From Neoechinorhynchus agilis (Eukaryota > Animalia > Acanthocephala), in assembly GCA_051530055.1 (NCBI GenBank), contig CM121342.1, positions 3,657,489 to 3,721,488 of the forward strand: a stretch of DNA of 64,000 bases. The letters run 5' to 3'. Below, in pieces: positions 35,370 through 47,861 of this stretch (the stretch's first letter is position 1; every line of letters starts with the position of its first letter). The notes beneath the pieces are model-generated. The model saw nothing but the letters and a program-made list of their open reading frames with translations. It was not told the origin of the DNA and did no database searches. The position numbers and the translations under genes are program-made.

Positions 35370-37747
35370 CGGGAATCGACGGAACTTAGGTATTCCCGCC
35401 ACCACATCAATTTTTAACAATTCTTGAGAAGGAGGCTTCGAAAATTCGCAATGAACAGTTCAATAATAAAACTCGAGTGGGAGAACAATTCGCCATTGAA
35501 AATACAGCGCAGGGGGTGAAACTTCACCTCGGGAATTGACGGTCCCGCACACTCGAGTCGAGGCTACCAACTTAGGTATTCCCGCCACCACATCCATTTT
35601 TAACAATTCTTGAGAAGGAGGCTTTTAAAATTCGCAATGAACAGTTCAATAATAAAACTCGAGTGGGAAAACAATTCGCTGTTGAAAATACAGCGCAGGG
35701 GATGAAACTTCACCTCGGGGAATTGACGGTCCCGCACACTCGAGTCGAGGCTACCAACTTAGGTATTCCCGCCACCACATCCATTTTTAACAATTCTTGA
35801 GAAGGAGGCTTTTAAAATTCGCAATGAACAGTTCAATAATAAAACTCGAGTGGGAGAACAATCTATTATTGAAAATACATCGCAGGGGGTGAAACTTCAC
35901 CTCGGGGAATTGACGGGTCCCGGTACCACTCGAGTCGAGGCTACCAACTTAGGTATTCCCGCCACCACATCCATTTTTAACAATTCTTGAGAGGGAGGCT
36001 TTGAAAATAATGAACAGTTCAATAACAAAACTCGAGTGGGAGAACAATTCGCCATTGAAAATACATCGCAGGGGGTGAAACTTCACCTCGGGGAATTGAC
36101 GGTCCCGCACACTCGAGTCGAGGCTACCAACTTAGGTATTCCCGCCACCACATCAATTTTTAACAATACTTGAGAAGGAGGCTTTGAAAATTCGCAATGA
36201 ACAGTTCAATAATAAAACTCGAGTGGGAGAACAATTCGCCATTGAAAATACAGCGCAGGGGGTGAAACTTCACCTCGGGAATTGACGGTCCCGCACACTC
36301 GAGTCGAGGCTACCAACTTAGGTATTCCCGCCACCACATCCATTTTTAACAATTCTTGAGAGGGAGGCTTTGAAAATTCGCAATGAACAGTTCAATAATA
36401 AAACTCGAGTGGGAGAACAATTCGCCATTGAAAATACAGCGCAGGGGATGAAACTTCACCTCGGGAATTGACGGTCCCGCACACTCGAGTCGAGGCTACC
36501 AACTTAGGTATTCCCGCCACCACATCCATTTTTAACAATTCTTGAGAGGGAGGCTTTGAAAATTCGCAATGAACAGTTCAATAAAACTCGAGTGGGAGAA
36601 CAATTCGCCATTGAAAATACAGCGCAGGGCGGGAAACTTCACCCCGGGAATTGATTGTCCCGCACACTCGAGTCGAGGCTACCAACTGAGGTATTCCCGC
36701 CACCACATCCATTTTTAACAATTCTTGAGAAGGAGGCTTCGAAAATTCGCAATGAACAGTTCAATAATAAAACTCGAGTGGGAGAACAATTCGCTGTTGA
36801 AAATACAGCGCAGGGGGTGAAACTTCACCTCGGGGAATTGACGGTCCCGCACACTCGAGTCGAGGCTACCAACTTAGGTATTCCCGCCACCACATCAATT
36901 TTTAACAATTCTTGAGAAGGAGGCTTTTAAAATTCGCAATGAACTGTTCAATAATAAAACTCGAGTGGGAGAACAATTCGCTGTTGAAAATACAGCGCAG
37001 GGGGTGAAACTTCACCTCGGGAATTGACGGTCCCGCACACTCGAGTCGAGGCTATCAACTTAGGTATTCCCGCCACCACATCCATTTTTAACAATTCTTG
37101 AGAGGGAGGCCGTGAAAATTCGCAATGAACAGTTCAATAATAAAACTCGAGTGGGAGAACAATTCGCCATTGAAAATACAGCGCAGGGGATGAAACTTCA
37201 TCTCGGGAATTGACGGTCCCGCACACTCGAGTCGAGGCTACCAACTTAGGTATTCCCGCCACCACATCCATTTTTAACAATACTTGAGAAGGAGGCTTTG
37301 AAAATTCGCAATGAACAGTTCAATAATAAAACTCGAGTGGGAGAACAATTCGCCATTGAAAATCCAGCGCAGGGGGTGAAACTTCACCTCGGGAATTGAC
37401 GGTCCCGCACACTCGATTCGAGGCTACCAACTTAGGTATTCCCGCCACCACATCCATTTTTAACAATACTTGAGAAGGAGGCTTTTAAAATTCGCAATGA
37501 ACAGTTCAATAATAAAACTCGAGTGGGAGAACAATTCGCCATTGAAAATACAGCGCAGGGGATGAAACTTCACCTCGGGAATTGACGGTCCCGCACACTC
37601 GAGTCGAGGCTATCAACTTAGGTATTCCCGCCACCACATCCATTTTTAACAATTCTTGAGAAGGAGGCCGTGAAAATTCGCAATGAACAGTTCAATAATA
37701 AAACTCGAGTGGGAGAACAATTCGCCATTGAAAATCCAGCGCAGGGG
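35370..37747. repeat. Tandem array, 187-188-bp unit x about 12.5
   Basis: GAATTGACGGTCCCGCACACTCGAGTCGAGGCTACC recurs at about 188-bp spacing. Confidence 0.97.
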
Positions 37748-39411
37748 GGCTCAGCAACATTAGCTTCAAATATCTACTCCTGGAAATCGAGTCCAGCAAT
37801 TAGACAAAGTCGACAATCTCAAAAATCTCACTGAGACCTCTTACCGCGAGGTCCAGTCCTCATACACAAAGCATTCTCAGTCAAGGGGCTTCGAATCTCG
37901 TTTAACGTTCGGTGACTTAAAGTTTTGGTCGTTAAACCAGGGGCAAATTTCCCTCTAAACGACCACGGACGTCCATAGGGATAATGAAAACGAAAATACT
38001 AGGTATTTCCATTATCTAATGATGTGGACGTGGATCAGTTGGACTGTGAGAGGCTTGTAGGGAAAATAATCGATGAGCAGCTCATAAAAGGGAGTTGTGC
38101 CGTCTGATAGGAATTTCCAGAATAACCCTAGCAAGTGATATTCTATTTATCCACGAAACTAAATTTATTGCACTCCTCCGATGATCTTCCCCAGTGCCCC
38201 CTTTATACTCCGACTTTCTATTTTCAAGTCTGTCCTCAGTCCTAAAGTTATTTCGGAATATACGTCCGCCATCCTGGAATGAAGTGTAGCTTCCATATCA
38301 GGCTTATTCGTCCAAAAGACCAACTAAATCTCCTCAAAACATGATTTCGTCAAATATATATAAATGAACTGGACTCATTTGACGGAGCTTAGCAGTTATA
38401 TGTCGGTTTTTTTCGCGTTATTCCCTACAGGGCAGTCACTTCTCCTAAAAACCAGGACCAAACATTTTATTGGATTTGATGACAAAAAATAACCGATCGA
38501 TTGAGAATTGGAAGCAATCGCTGCTCTTTCAAGCACATAGACAATGACCATGAGCCGGTTTCGACGATTCGTCAGGGTTTGCTCGTCTATGTGTTCCTGA
38601 GTTGGAACAGAGAATGAGGATCCTAAGCCAACCTCATGAGTTTGCTGTGCCGGAAATCAACACGTCCCATGGAAAGACTAGAAGTTGAGACGATGGTGAG
38701 GATGGACGGTTGCAGCAGTCACCGGAGTCCTAGTTTGTCGGTGTCCGCCGGTCTTTTATTGCTGCATTTCTTCATTCCGTCGTTTATCGGAATAACCAAG
38801 AGAATGGAGAAAAATCAAATGACATTCAGTAGGTTCCTGATTTAGGGCTTAGACTCAGATTTTCCCTTACAATCCGTGGACGAATTTAATTTTTTTGTGA
38901 TTCTAAGTTTGTTTGATTGTACCATTTTTGGTTTCGCTCGATCATTCTTGGTAGATTGATAACAATGGCAATAAAAAGCGAGACCGTGTATTGTAGTCTA
39001 AAATTGTGAAAAAATGATTGTTTTCTATCGAAGAAACAATAAACGCTGATGTCTTTTTTTCCCAACACAATAAACTTTTTCTTCGAATTTTTTCAATAGC
39101 GTCTATCTAGCTGAATACTACAATTTCACACTTCTTCAAATAAAGCATCGTCAATTGAATGAGAGTAATAATTTTTAGGTTTCAAAATCTAGACAAGAAA
39201 AAGGTTAGACTCATTACTGTCAAAAAAATCGGTTAAAAGGATAGATTAGTGTTCGCGCTCTGTTTCCAACGTCTCATGACCTTTTTTTATTCCTATCTCA
39301 TTTCAAAGTTCACCGTCATCATCTTTCGCTCTTGCCGCATTTTCTCCACTTTTACGCTCCACCGCATTTTGAACAAAACGTTTTTGGGCTCAATTACACA
39401 TAGAATAATAT

Positions 39412-40947
39412 ATGTTGACGGCAAATAATCCGATAATGAGTTCAATCAATCAGCCACTTCAATGGTATTCTGGCCTAGCACAACCGATCGTACAAATCCC
39501 GCATCTAATGCATCTCCCAGTGCACACTCCGATTTTTCAAACTCAGTCGGTAATTAATCCAATAACGAGTCATACTGACGAACAACCAGTTATTCGGACG
39601 ATTCAATCTAATACCTTTCCAGTTGGTCACATGATTCCCCCACAGTCAGAAGTTCCATTGATGATCAGCAAGAGAGCTAATAGAAGGATTCATAATCCTG
39701 AATTGAGAGAGACGCGAAACTATAGTGCTGAATGGGCTGCTTGTCATCCTGAGATTCTATATGATTTTTTCGTTAGATATCCGCGAAGACATGGAGCTTC
39801 TTTTAAGAAATTCGAAAATCAAAACGTTGCGAAGATTCGGACGATTACTGAAAATGTAAGGAGAAAGGGCGATGAACGCGAGAAAAGGAGGAAAAAGGAA
39901 AAAGTTGATGTAAAAGAACGACATTTTGACTGGAAACCGAGAGAGACCGAAAACCAAGAAACAAACGATAAAAACGAAATTAGAAAGGACAAATCGAATT
40001 CCATTTCACCAATCACGATCAAAGTACCATCACCTCCATTGTTTGATTCACATTCAAAAAAAGAAGAATCCGCTGCAGAGGAAGTTCATGGCATAAAGGA
40101 CATGATTGAACAACTCCCAAAACCTCCAGGATACGTCAAAGTTGTAAGTGAAATCACTGGCATTATTGACAAGTATAAAAGTGGTAATAATGGCGATAAC
40201 GTCGGCTACATGGCTCCTAGTTCTTTGGGAATAAAGCAAAGACGCAAACCACCTCAAGTGGAGTACAGCGAGTTAGACATCGCCAATAAAAATAATCTGT
40301 TTCTTGACTCTCCTGCGGTTCACTTAAGACATGTTTCTCCGCCTCGAACACCTCAATATGGATCAGTAGCAACTTACGGAAAAGTAGAATTGAACCGATC
40401 GCCAAAAAACCAACTTAGGCATATTTCCCCGCCTCGAACACCTCAATATGGATCAGTAGCAACTTACGGACAAGTAGAATTGAACCGATCACCAAAAAAC
40501 CAACTTAGGCATGTTTCTCCGCCCAGAACACCTCAATATGGACGAGTTAAAAATGTATTGAGAACGCCACAGCCATCTTTCATTCAACCAAAACCACAAA
40601 TTCGTCCATCGATGAAAACGTCTCCACAATTTAATTCTTATAAATTAGAAGAGATCGAAGACATAGATGAGACCTTTGAAAATGATGTTTTAGAAAGATT
40701 GAAGTATATGAATTTTACTAGTAAAGACGACGGTGTAAGTAAGAAGTATCTCGCATCTGATGGAACGGAATGGGATGTTTTTATTGTTGGATCGGATGAC
40801 GACGAAATGAAATTGGTCGATCGCATTTTAACGGAAGAGAACGCTGCTCGTTTGGAAGACGAAAAAAGGTATATTAATCAATTTAAAGATTTGGAGACAA
40901 GCGAAATGACAGTTCCCGAAGAAAAGGTACTTGACTTATTTGCTTAA
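39412..40947 (+). CDS. Orphan 511-aa protein: P/Q-rich N-terminus, charged middle, 2.5 x 30-aa SP/TP repeats, acidic C-terminus
   Basis: 1536-nt intronless ORF with an AATAAA downstream. No family recognised. Confidence 0.75.
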   Translation: MLTANNPIMSSINQPLQWYSGLAQPIVQIPHLMHLPVHTPIFQTQSVINPITSHTDEQPVIRTIQSNTFPVGHMIPPQSEVPLMISKRANRRIHNPELRETRNYSAEWAACHPEILYDFFVRYPRRHGASFKKFENQNVAKIRTITENVRRKGDEREKRRKKEKVDVKERHFDWKPRETENQETNDKNEIRKDKSNSISPITIKVPSPPLFDSHSKKEESAAEEVHGIKDMIEQLPKPPGYVKVVSEITGIIDKYKSGNNGDNVGYMAPSSLGIKQRRKPPQVEYSELDIANKNNLFLDSPAVHLRHVSPPRTPQYGSVATYGKVELNRSPKNQLRHISPPRTPQYGSVATYGQVELNRSPKNQLRHVSPPRTPQYGRVKNVLRTPQPSFIQPKPQIRPSMKTSPQFNSYKLEEIEDIDETFENDVLERLKYMNFTSKDDGVSKKYLASDGTEWDVFIVGSDDDEMKLVDRILTEENAARLEDEKRYINQFKDLETSEMTVPEEKVLDLFA

Positions 40948-41149
40948 ATGAGCTTGTTTGTTTTTGGCGTTGTAGCTCGGCAGTAATAGAAATTGGATTT
41001 TCATTGACTAGGTTTTCTCTAATCGAAATAAAGTTAATCATTCTTACGATTGCAAATACTTCATTTTTTATAATTCGCTTGTTGCAATCGTTGTCCGCCT
41101 AAAGGAATTAGAGAAAAAGTCACTTCTAATAGGTTTCACAGTAATAAAG

Positions 41150-41960
41150 TACAAAACGTGCAATCACCACCGTCCGCAAAATTGGGCTGCATTGCCTCGT
41201 TGTACTGCAAGCGAGATATTTTGTCACAGGAATACACCTGCTCGTGCGTCGCCGGTCATTTCTCTCAATTTCTCGGAGTCATCCTGGAGCAGAGTGAGTG
41301 CCGAACTGCCAAGCGCTCCATACGTCTCTACTCCGAAGGGGACAAAATAGTGGACTCTTGCTAAATCCCTATATTTTCGTACCTTCCTCCCTTCCGCTGC
41401 ACCTCCAGCGATTTCGAGAGAGTAAGGAATGTTGCTTACTGCGAGGGACGTGGCGTCCCACAAAAGGCATTTGCCCTCCCGCCACGGAAAACGGAAATTC
41501 CGTCAGGCCGACAAAGATGGGTGGGTTCCAGGATGTTCGGGAAGTTCGCCGTTCTCAACGCTCGAGAAATTGCGTTATTGATTTAGGAACGGTGTGAGAA
41601 CCTTCCTCCTGACCTTCTGCAGACGAGACTGTGCCGCCCGAAAGCATCAACCAAAGACCCACATCGACAGCGATGGGGCGTGCATATCGACAGACCAAGT
41701 CTTAAGGATACTGCGATCCTCGTTACCTCATCAGTAAGAAGAGTTCCCACTGATGCCAGAGGAACACACTCCAACCACGCCCCAGATTCTCGTGTTGAAA
41801 CTGCCAACAGTCTAGCTCGGACGACCCCATCGCGAGAACCGGAAAGTAGAGAGCTGTGAGCTCTCGCGACGAGAGGTTCGTCCCAGATCGACTGTCTGAG
41901 GCCATTTACGGGAACGTGGTTAGCGCCTGTCTGCTGGCACCATTCCTCAACCGTCACCAC
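41150..41960 (-). mobile_element. Degenerate RLE-type (CRE-like) non-LTR retrotransposon 3-prime half
   Basis: CRCGSLVDAFGRHSLVC zinc knuckle, RALRTANFPNILEP...RPDG, WDAT...AAEGRKVRKY...FVPFGVETYGALG, ISLAVQRGNAA, spread over several frames with stops. Confidence 0.85.
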
Positions 41961-42285
41961 GAAATCCCGGTCAAGACAAATAAATTGAGGGTTTTGTTAG
42001 CATGTCGCGTACGCTTCTCTTTTCGAGTCTGCCAAATTTTCCCCAATGAGTGTTCGTCCATGATCATCCCACACAAACAAGATCTAATTCTAAAATCGTA
42101 TTTATATCTTAAGAAAATCGGCTAATTGCGACGATTGCGATCATTATGGAAGTCACAATGGCCATTACTGCGATCACATTAGTTTTACACTCGAATCCAC
42201 AGCACTCTAATGCAATGTCATTTGGTAAGATCGGGTGAATCCTCTCAATTATTGAATAGTTCGGGTTTTTATATCTCATCCCCTC

Positions 42286-43847
42286 CTACTTTTTTAAACC
42301 CAAATCATTCACGAATTCTTCGTATGTGCAAATGGACTGACCGTTTCGACAAACGTCTAATTTCTCAATTCGTACTCCAACCGCTTCTGATGCCGTGTGG
42401 TTTAAATAGGAAAACCGGAATAACTTCTTTTTCGTTTCAGGTTTATTAAAGACATCTATAAACACCGCAGAGCAATATTGTGGAAACGTTTTAGCTTTGG
42501 TAGGTACCACTTTTAGAGCCTTAAGTAATGCCGAGATTGTGTTGTCATGAGCGCTGAATAAAGTGAGAGGCTTTGTTGATTTGGAGTTTACTGTCTGGAT
42601 TATTGTTTTTAAAAACTCCCCAATGTTCAATCGTACCATCACATCTTTTGCATATCGAACCTTGTAAACGTTGAACCAACATATTTCATTCAGGCGGTCC
42701 ATTAAACTCCTATAAGTGAACGTATCTTTATCTGCGAATAACCAACTGAGAGACCGATTGTGGAAATTTTCGACGATTAGAATCCCACGAAGAGAGCAAA
42801 GAGTAGGGAGGTCGAATGGAGATCTACCGGGAATTTTCTCAGATATCCAATTTATAATGTCCTGATTTTCTTCAATGAGTCGAGCAACCAAAGGATTGCT
42901 TTTGTACTCGCGTTCAAGGTAGCTTTTATAAACTGGACAACGGGAATTCGTTGCACCCGCTAAAAGGAAGTCACTCTTTTCTTCTATCGAATAGTCGTGG
43001 ACCATTTTTTTGAAAAGAAGAAATACAAATTTTAAGGTTTTTTCCATCTAATTTCCCATGATAATAATTCTGGAGACCAGAAAGTGGAATACAATCAATG
43101 ATCATTACTAAAATATTCTTGTTGAGTGGTTCAACCATCGATCTTCGAAAGCAATGCTTGAAAAGAAGTGGATTTTATCCACGAAATATTAAATAACATG
43201 AATACGTCTCGAGGTTTGAACCGCTCAACAAGAATATCCTTCCACCCGAATGTGATTATGCACGAAACTTTACGAAAATGTTATCCGTTATTATTATTGG
43301 AAAAATAAAATAATTAAAAATGACGGTTGATTAAATAGTAGATATTCTCAAGGCCACCTTCGTCCGGGGGGAGCTTCCAATTTGAGATAATTTCAAAACG
43401 AATAAGACCATTTTCGGAATCTACGGCCGTTCTTCATGGTACGGTATGAATTGGAACTGGTTGATCATTTCCGAAGATTGAACGTGCGACACATTGAGCT
43501 GTCATCAATGTGCGATCGACATCAGTGCTTCTTATACTTATTGCGGATCGATTGTATTTTATTCGATCACCAATCGACGATCGTCGTCCTTGTAATACAT
43601 CCTGATATCTATATTTGATCACAAGTCCTAAAATGTTAGCCTGTCGAATACCCGCCGATGTCAATTGCCCGAATCCATTGACCCAAGTTGATTCTTGGTT
43701 GGGATCACGATCGGAAATACTAGAGATCGGTGATCGATCGCCGTGACGAAAGAGAACAAACGATGACAAGTGATCATTTCCATCTTCAAGAATTCCTATT
43801 GAACGTACTATTGTCACAATCGTAATAAACCATATCAGCGCAAACAT
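42286..43847 (-). CDS. Secreted histidine acid phosphatase (ACP2/ACP3-like), two exons (43847-43440 + 42984-42286)
   Basis: Signal peptide, RHGDRSP catalytic motif, GQLTSAG, RSTDVDRTLMTA, LFSAHDNTI. The join reads PIHTV|EEKSDFLL. Confidence 0.9.
42985..43439 (-). other. Putative non-canonical intron (GTA|CCATGAAG...ATTCGATA|GAA), 455 nt
   Basis: The TA direct repeat gives an in-frame join with the HT-x5-D spacing of human ACP2. GAACGGCCGT (43432-43423) pairs with ACGACTATTC (42998-42989), 8/10 bp including one G-U. Confidence 0.65.
43111..43268. mobile_element. Second copy of the 16.5-kb palindromic element, inside the phosphatase intron
   Basis: About 43170-43255 is a near-exact reverse complement of about 16529-16625. 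Confidence 0.85.
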
Positions 43848-44184
43848 ATAAAAATCGACAACGCCGTTCAATCTAAAACGATTGAACACACACAATAAAA
43901 GATTCCGTTTTTATCATGGTTTATGATTCATTAGGCTAAAAATAACTGTCAATGGTTGTCAGAAAGAAATGCGTCATCGAATTTGTCCTTCAAATCTGAA
44001 TTTAGTCTTTTCCCCCATCTAAAACGATATTCCCGATCTCAAACATGATTCCAACCCGCATATTTGTTCAATTCTTGATTTAAAAACACTCGTTTCTTTG
44101 CGAATATTGCGAAAAAAGAAATATATTGTTGAAAATGGAAAGATACTGCAATTATGATAAAACAAACACAAAATTTTTAGTCAA

Positions 44185-45805
44185 CCACAAACACCACGCA
44201 ACCAACAAACGCAACGATGGATACGGCGGATATTGCGGTTACTACGGAGACGTACTCATCACAAGAACTTTTTGAAAAACAATCATGGAACGTTATTCTG
44301 CGTAAAGTACACTTTGACTCATTTTAAACAAGGATAAACACCACGCAACCAACAAACACAACGATGGATACGGCGGATATTTAAAGTACAATTTGACTCA
44401 TTTTATACAAGGATAAACACCACGCAACCAACAAACGCAACGATGGATACGGCGGATATTTAAAGTACAATTTGACTCATTTTAAACAAGGATAAACACC
44501 ACGCAACCAACAAACACTACGATGGATACGGCGGATATTGCGGTTACTACGGAGACGTACTCATCACAAGAACTTTTTTTAAACAAAAAAGGAACGTTAT
44601 TCTGCGTAAAGTACAATTTGACTCATTTTAAACAAGGATAAACACCACGCAACCAACAAACACAACGATGGATACGGCGGATATTTAAAGTACAATTTGA
44701 CTCATTTTATACAAGGATAAACACCACGCAACCAACAAACGCAACGATGGATACGGCGGATATTGCGGTTACTACGGAAACGTACCCATCACAAGAACTT
44801 TTTGAAAAACAATCATGGAACGTTATTCTGCGTAAATTACACTTTGACTCATTTTAAACAAGGATAAACACCACGCAACCAACAAACACAACGATGAATA
44901 CGGCGGATATTGCGGTTACTACGGAAACGTACTCATCACAGGAACTTTTTGAAAACAAAAATAGAACGTTATTCTGCGTAAAGTACAATTTGATTCGTTT
45001 TAAACAACGATAAACACCACGCAACCAACAAACACAACGATGGATACGGCGGATATCGCGGTTACTACGGAAACGTACTCATCACAAGAACTTTTTTAAA
45101 AACAAAAATTTAACGTTATTTTGCTTTAGGATTAATTACATCAGTTGAAAAGTACACTTTGACTATTTTTAAACAACGATAAACACCACGCAACCAACAA
45201 ACACAACGATGAATACGGCGGATATTGCGGTTACTACGGAAACGTACTCATCACAGGAACTTTTTGAAAATAATAAAAGGAACGTTATTCTGCGTAAAGT
45301 ACACTTGGACTCATTTTAAACAAGGATAAACACCACGCAACCAACAAACACAACGATGGATACGGCGGATATCGCGGTTACTACGGAAACGTACTCATCA
45401 CAGGAACTTTTTTAAAATAAAAAAAGGAACGTTATTCTGCGTAAAGTACACTTGGACTCATTTTAAACAAGGATAAACACCACGCAACTAACAAACACAA
45501 CGATGGATACGGCGGATATCGCGGTTACTACGGAAACGTACTCATCACAAGAACTTTTTTAAAAACAAAAATGGAACGTTATTCTGCGTAAAGTACAATT
45601 TGATTCATTTTAAACACGATAAACACCGCGCAACCAACAAACACTACGATGAATACGGCGGATATTGCGGTTACTACGGAAACGTGCTCATCACAAGAAC
45701 TTTTAAAAAGTAAAAACTGAACGTTATTCTGCGTAACAAAGTACAATTTGGCGTATTCTAAACACAATGAACACGAGGCAACCAACAAACACTACGATGG
45801 ATACG
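44185..45805. repeat. Tandem array with two unit lengths (79 bp and about 146-150 bp)
   Basis: Core ACCACGCAACCAACAAAC(A/G)CAACGATGGATACGGCGGATAT. Long units carry an extra segment of about 67-70 bp. Confidence 0.95.
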
Positions 45806-46978
45806 AGCTGAGGGCATTAATCACTCTATGGTTGCGGGTAATTTCTCATTTTTAATCACCATCGCAACACGGTGTTTTTCGTTTCCAAAAGATATCTTAT
45901 AATGCATAGATTGTGTTAATATAGCTACTTGTGATTCACGCATACTCACATGACTATGAATGCTATTAACGGACGGCTATGGTTGTTCGGCAATGGAATG
46001 TTTGGTGCGAATTATCCGGAAACGTTCTCCATCTGAGGGTGGAATCATAGAACGTTCGCATGTCGATAAATAGCGTAATTTCGCTCGACTACGTTTGTTT
46101 TAGCAGTTGTTGTCAAGAGAAGACAGCACATTTGTCGCATATTGCTGTGATTATTGAATGATTTATCTCTTGTTTCTATTCCATATTAAACATTTCCTTG
46201 TAGTTTTTTTGCGAGAACGACATTTGGTTTTGCTTTCCTGCTTTCCAACTATCAATGTCAGTGAAGCGGTCCTTATGGATTCATAATTAGCCCATTGATC
46301 TGATTAATCCCGCATTTATAGATAGGTTAACATGCAAACTTCATTAAATTTCGATTAGTGACGAATGGATCCGTAGTAGTCTTAGTGGATTTTTTTAGGG
46401 AAAGGCAATTGCTCGGAATTTCTGTTTACATCTCTACTATGAGTGATTGCATGAGAAACATTAGCAAACTTTCCATAGACATTTGTTACATTCAAGAAAT
46501 ATATTATTGTGATTTTGATGGTGTTCGTTCCTTTACAAAACGGAAACACATTTGTCAATCGTTTTAAGCATCAGATGGCTGACACATGAGTTAGGATGAT
46601 TTTATTAACTTGAAACAAAAACATCATCGTGTTTATTTGTGAATGTATTCGAAACGTCTAGACAACGCTCTTAGTTTGAAATTTTATTAATAAAAACTTT
46701 GAAAATATTAAACTTTTGTGATTAAATGGTGCAACATTTGTTATTTAGTCGCAGAACAATGATCGAAAAAATCCAAACGGCCCTCAAAAAGACGAGAAAT
46801 TTGTAGAAAATCGAACAGAGTGCTTATTTCATTACAGCTGAAAAGCGGCTCACGAGCGAAATAAGCATCGTTTTACTGTCGCATTTCCTACAATGTTTGG
46901 CTATTAATTGCTTATTGTCAAGCAATTCGAAAATGTTGCAATCTAGGAAATCTTAAAGAAATACTCAATTTTTCTAAG

Positions 46979-47139
46979 AATGTCGGCATCCGGATATAAA
47001 CCTTCATGCCTATACAACATTCTCATTTCTTGCTCTGGTGATTTTGGCAGTTGTGGTTGGTGCATACAGTTCGATCTCCGGATTCTGATACATCATGGCA
47101 GCTATTCATGGATCCACTTGCATTGTCCTGACCACAAGA
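46979..47139 (+). pseudogene. SID-1/SIDT transmembrane family exon with an in-frame TGA at a conserved Trp
   Basis: Frame from 46981 reads CRHPDINLHAYTTFSFLALVILAVVVGAYSSISGF*YIMAAIH, compared with SIDT2 (as recalled) [21 protein letters not shown]...FWIVFSIIH. Bounded by TTTTTCTAAG and GTACGT. Confidence 0.6.
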
Positions 47140-47351
47140 GTACGTTTCGAACTTTGTTAGTTATTAGAATAAAACACGAAATCACCCTTTTTGATTTTGA
47201 GAAAAATCTTGGCTCAAATTATCCCGATTTTCGAAGCAAAGATGTTTTTGTTCTTGGCGAAGCCGCGGATATACGCCTATAGTCCGACTTTGGTTTAATT
47301 TGTAGGGAATTTTATTGATTTCGATTGTTTTTGGCACTAATTTTTGTGTTT

Positions 47352-47504
47352 TTTGGTGCTTGAGAAGAAAAGAGACTAATTTATTAATTCAAAAATGTTT
47401 CGTCGGACTTCAAGTTTTTTTGTAAGTGTTTTGAAGAAGTCCGACGAAACGGATGAAATATTTTTGAATTAATAAATCAGTCTCTTTTCTTCTCAAGCAC
47501 CAAA
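47352..47504. mobile_element. Palindromic MITE-like element
   Basis: TTTGGTGCTTGAGAAGAAAAGAGACT...GTTTCGTCGGACTTC versus GAAGTCCGACGAAAC...AGTCTCTTTTCTTCTCAAGCACCAAA. Confidence 0.8.
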
Positions 47505-47861
47505 GAACACATAAATGAACAGCTTCATTACTGCTCGATTTATGAAAAAGGCACGAGATTGTGGCGCCGGAACCAATCGGAATTAATAAAACTCTTTTAA
47601 TTTTCCGTCATATAAAAGCATGAACAATTCAATGTTCGAACAAAGGCGTTTTTGGCGGGCAGCTTTAAAATCCCACTACGGACTCTTTTCGCCAATTTTC
47701 TTCAAAAATGATCGAAATAAAATTGAACACGGAGCTGTCGTTTGAAAGTGCCAAAACATTTTACGCCCTGACGTTCAATATACGTAGATTGAACTTGAAT
47801 TTTCGATTTTTAAACACACGAACACAAACCGCATCACAATTCAAAGCGAACAAAACAAAAT

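Noticed and set aside
38552-38575. Minus-strand hammerhead-like CTGACGA...CGAAACCGGCTC
   Set aside because: There is no stem I pairing, stem II is too short and lacks the G-C closing pair, and the stem III palindrome is broken.
47086-47088. Nuclear TGA-to-Trp code reassignment
   Set aside because: TGA terminates several genes here (1564, 29489, 48666, 62588) and conserved Trp residues elsewhere use TGG. The TGAs in retroelement relics replace Gly or Arg positions.
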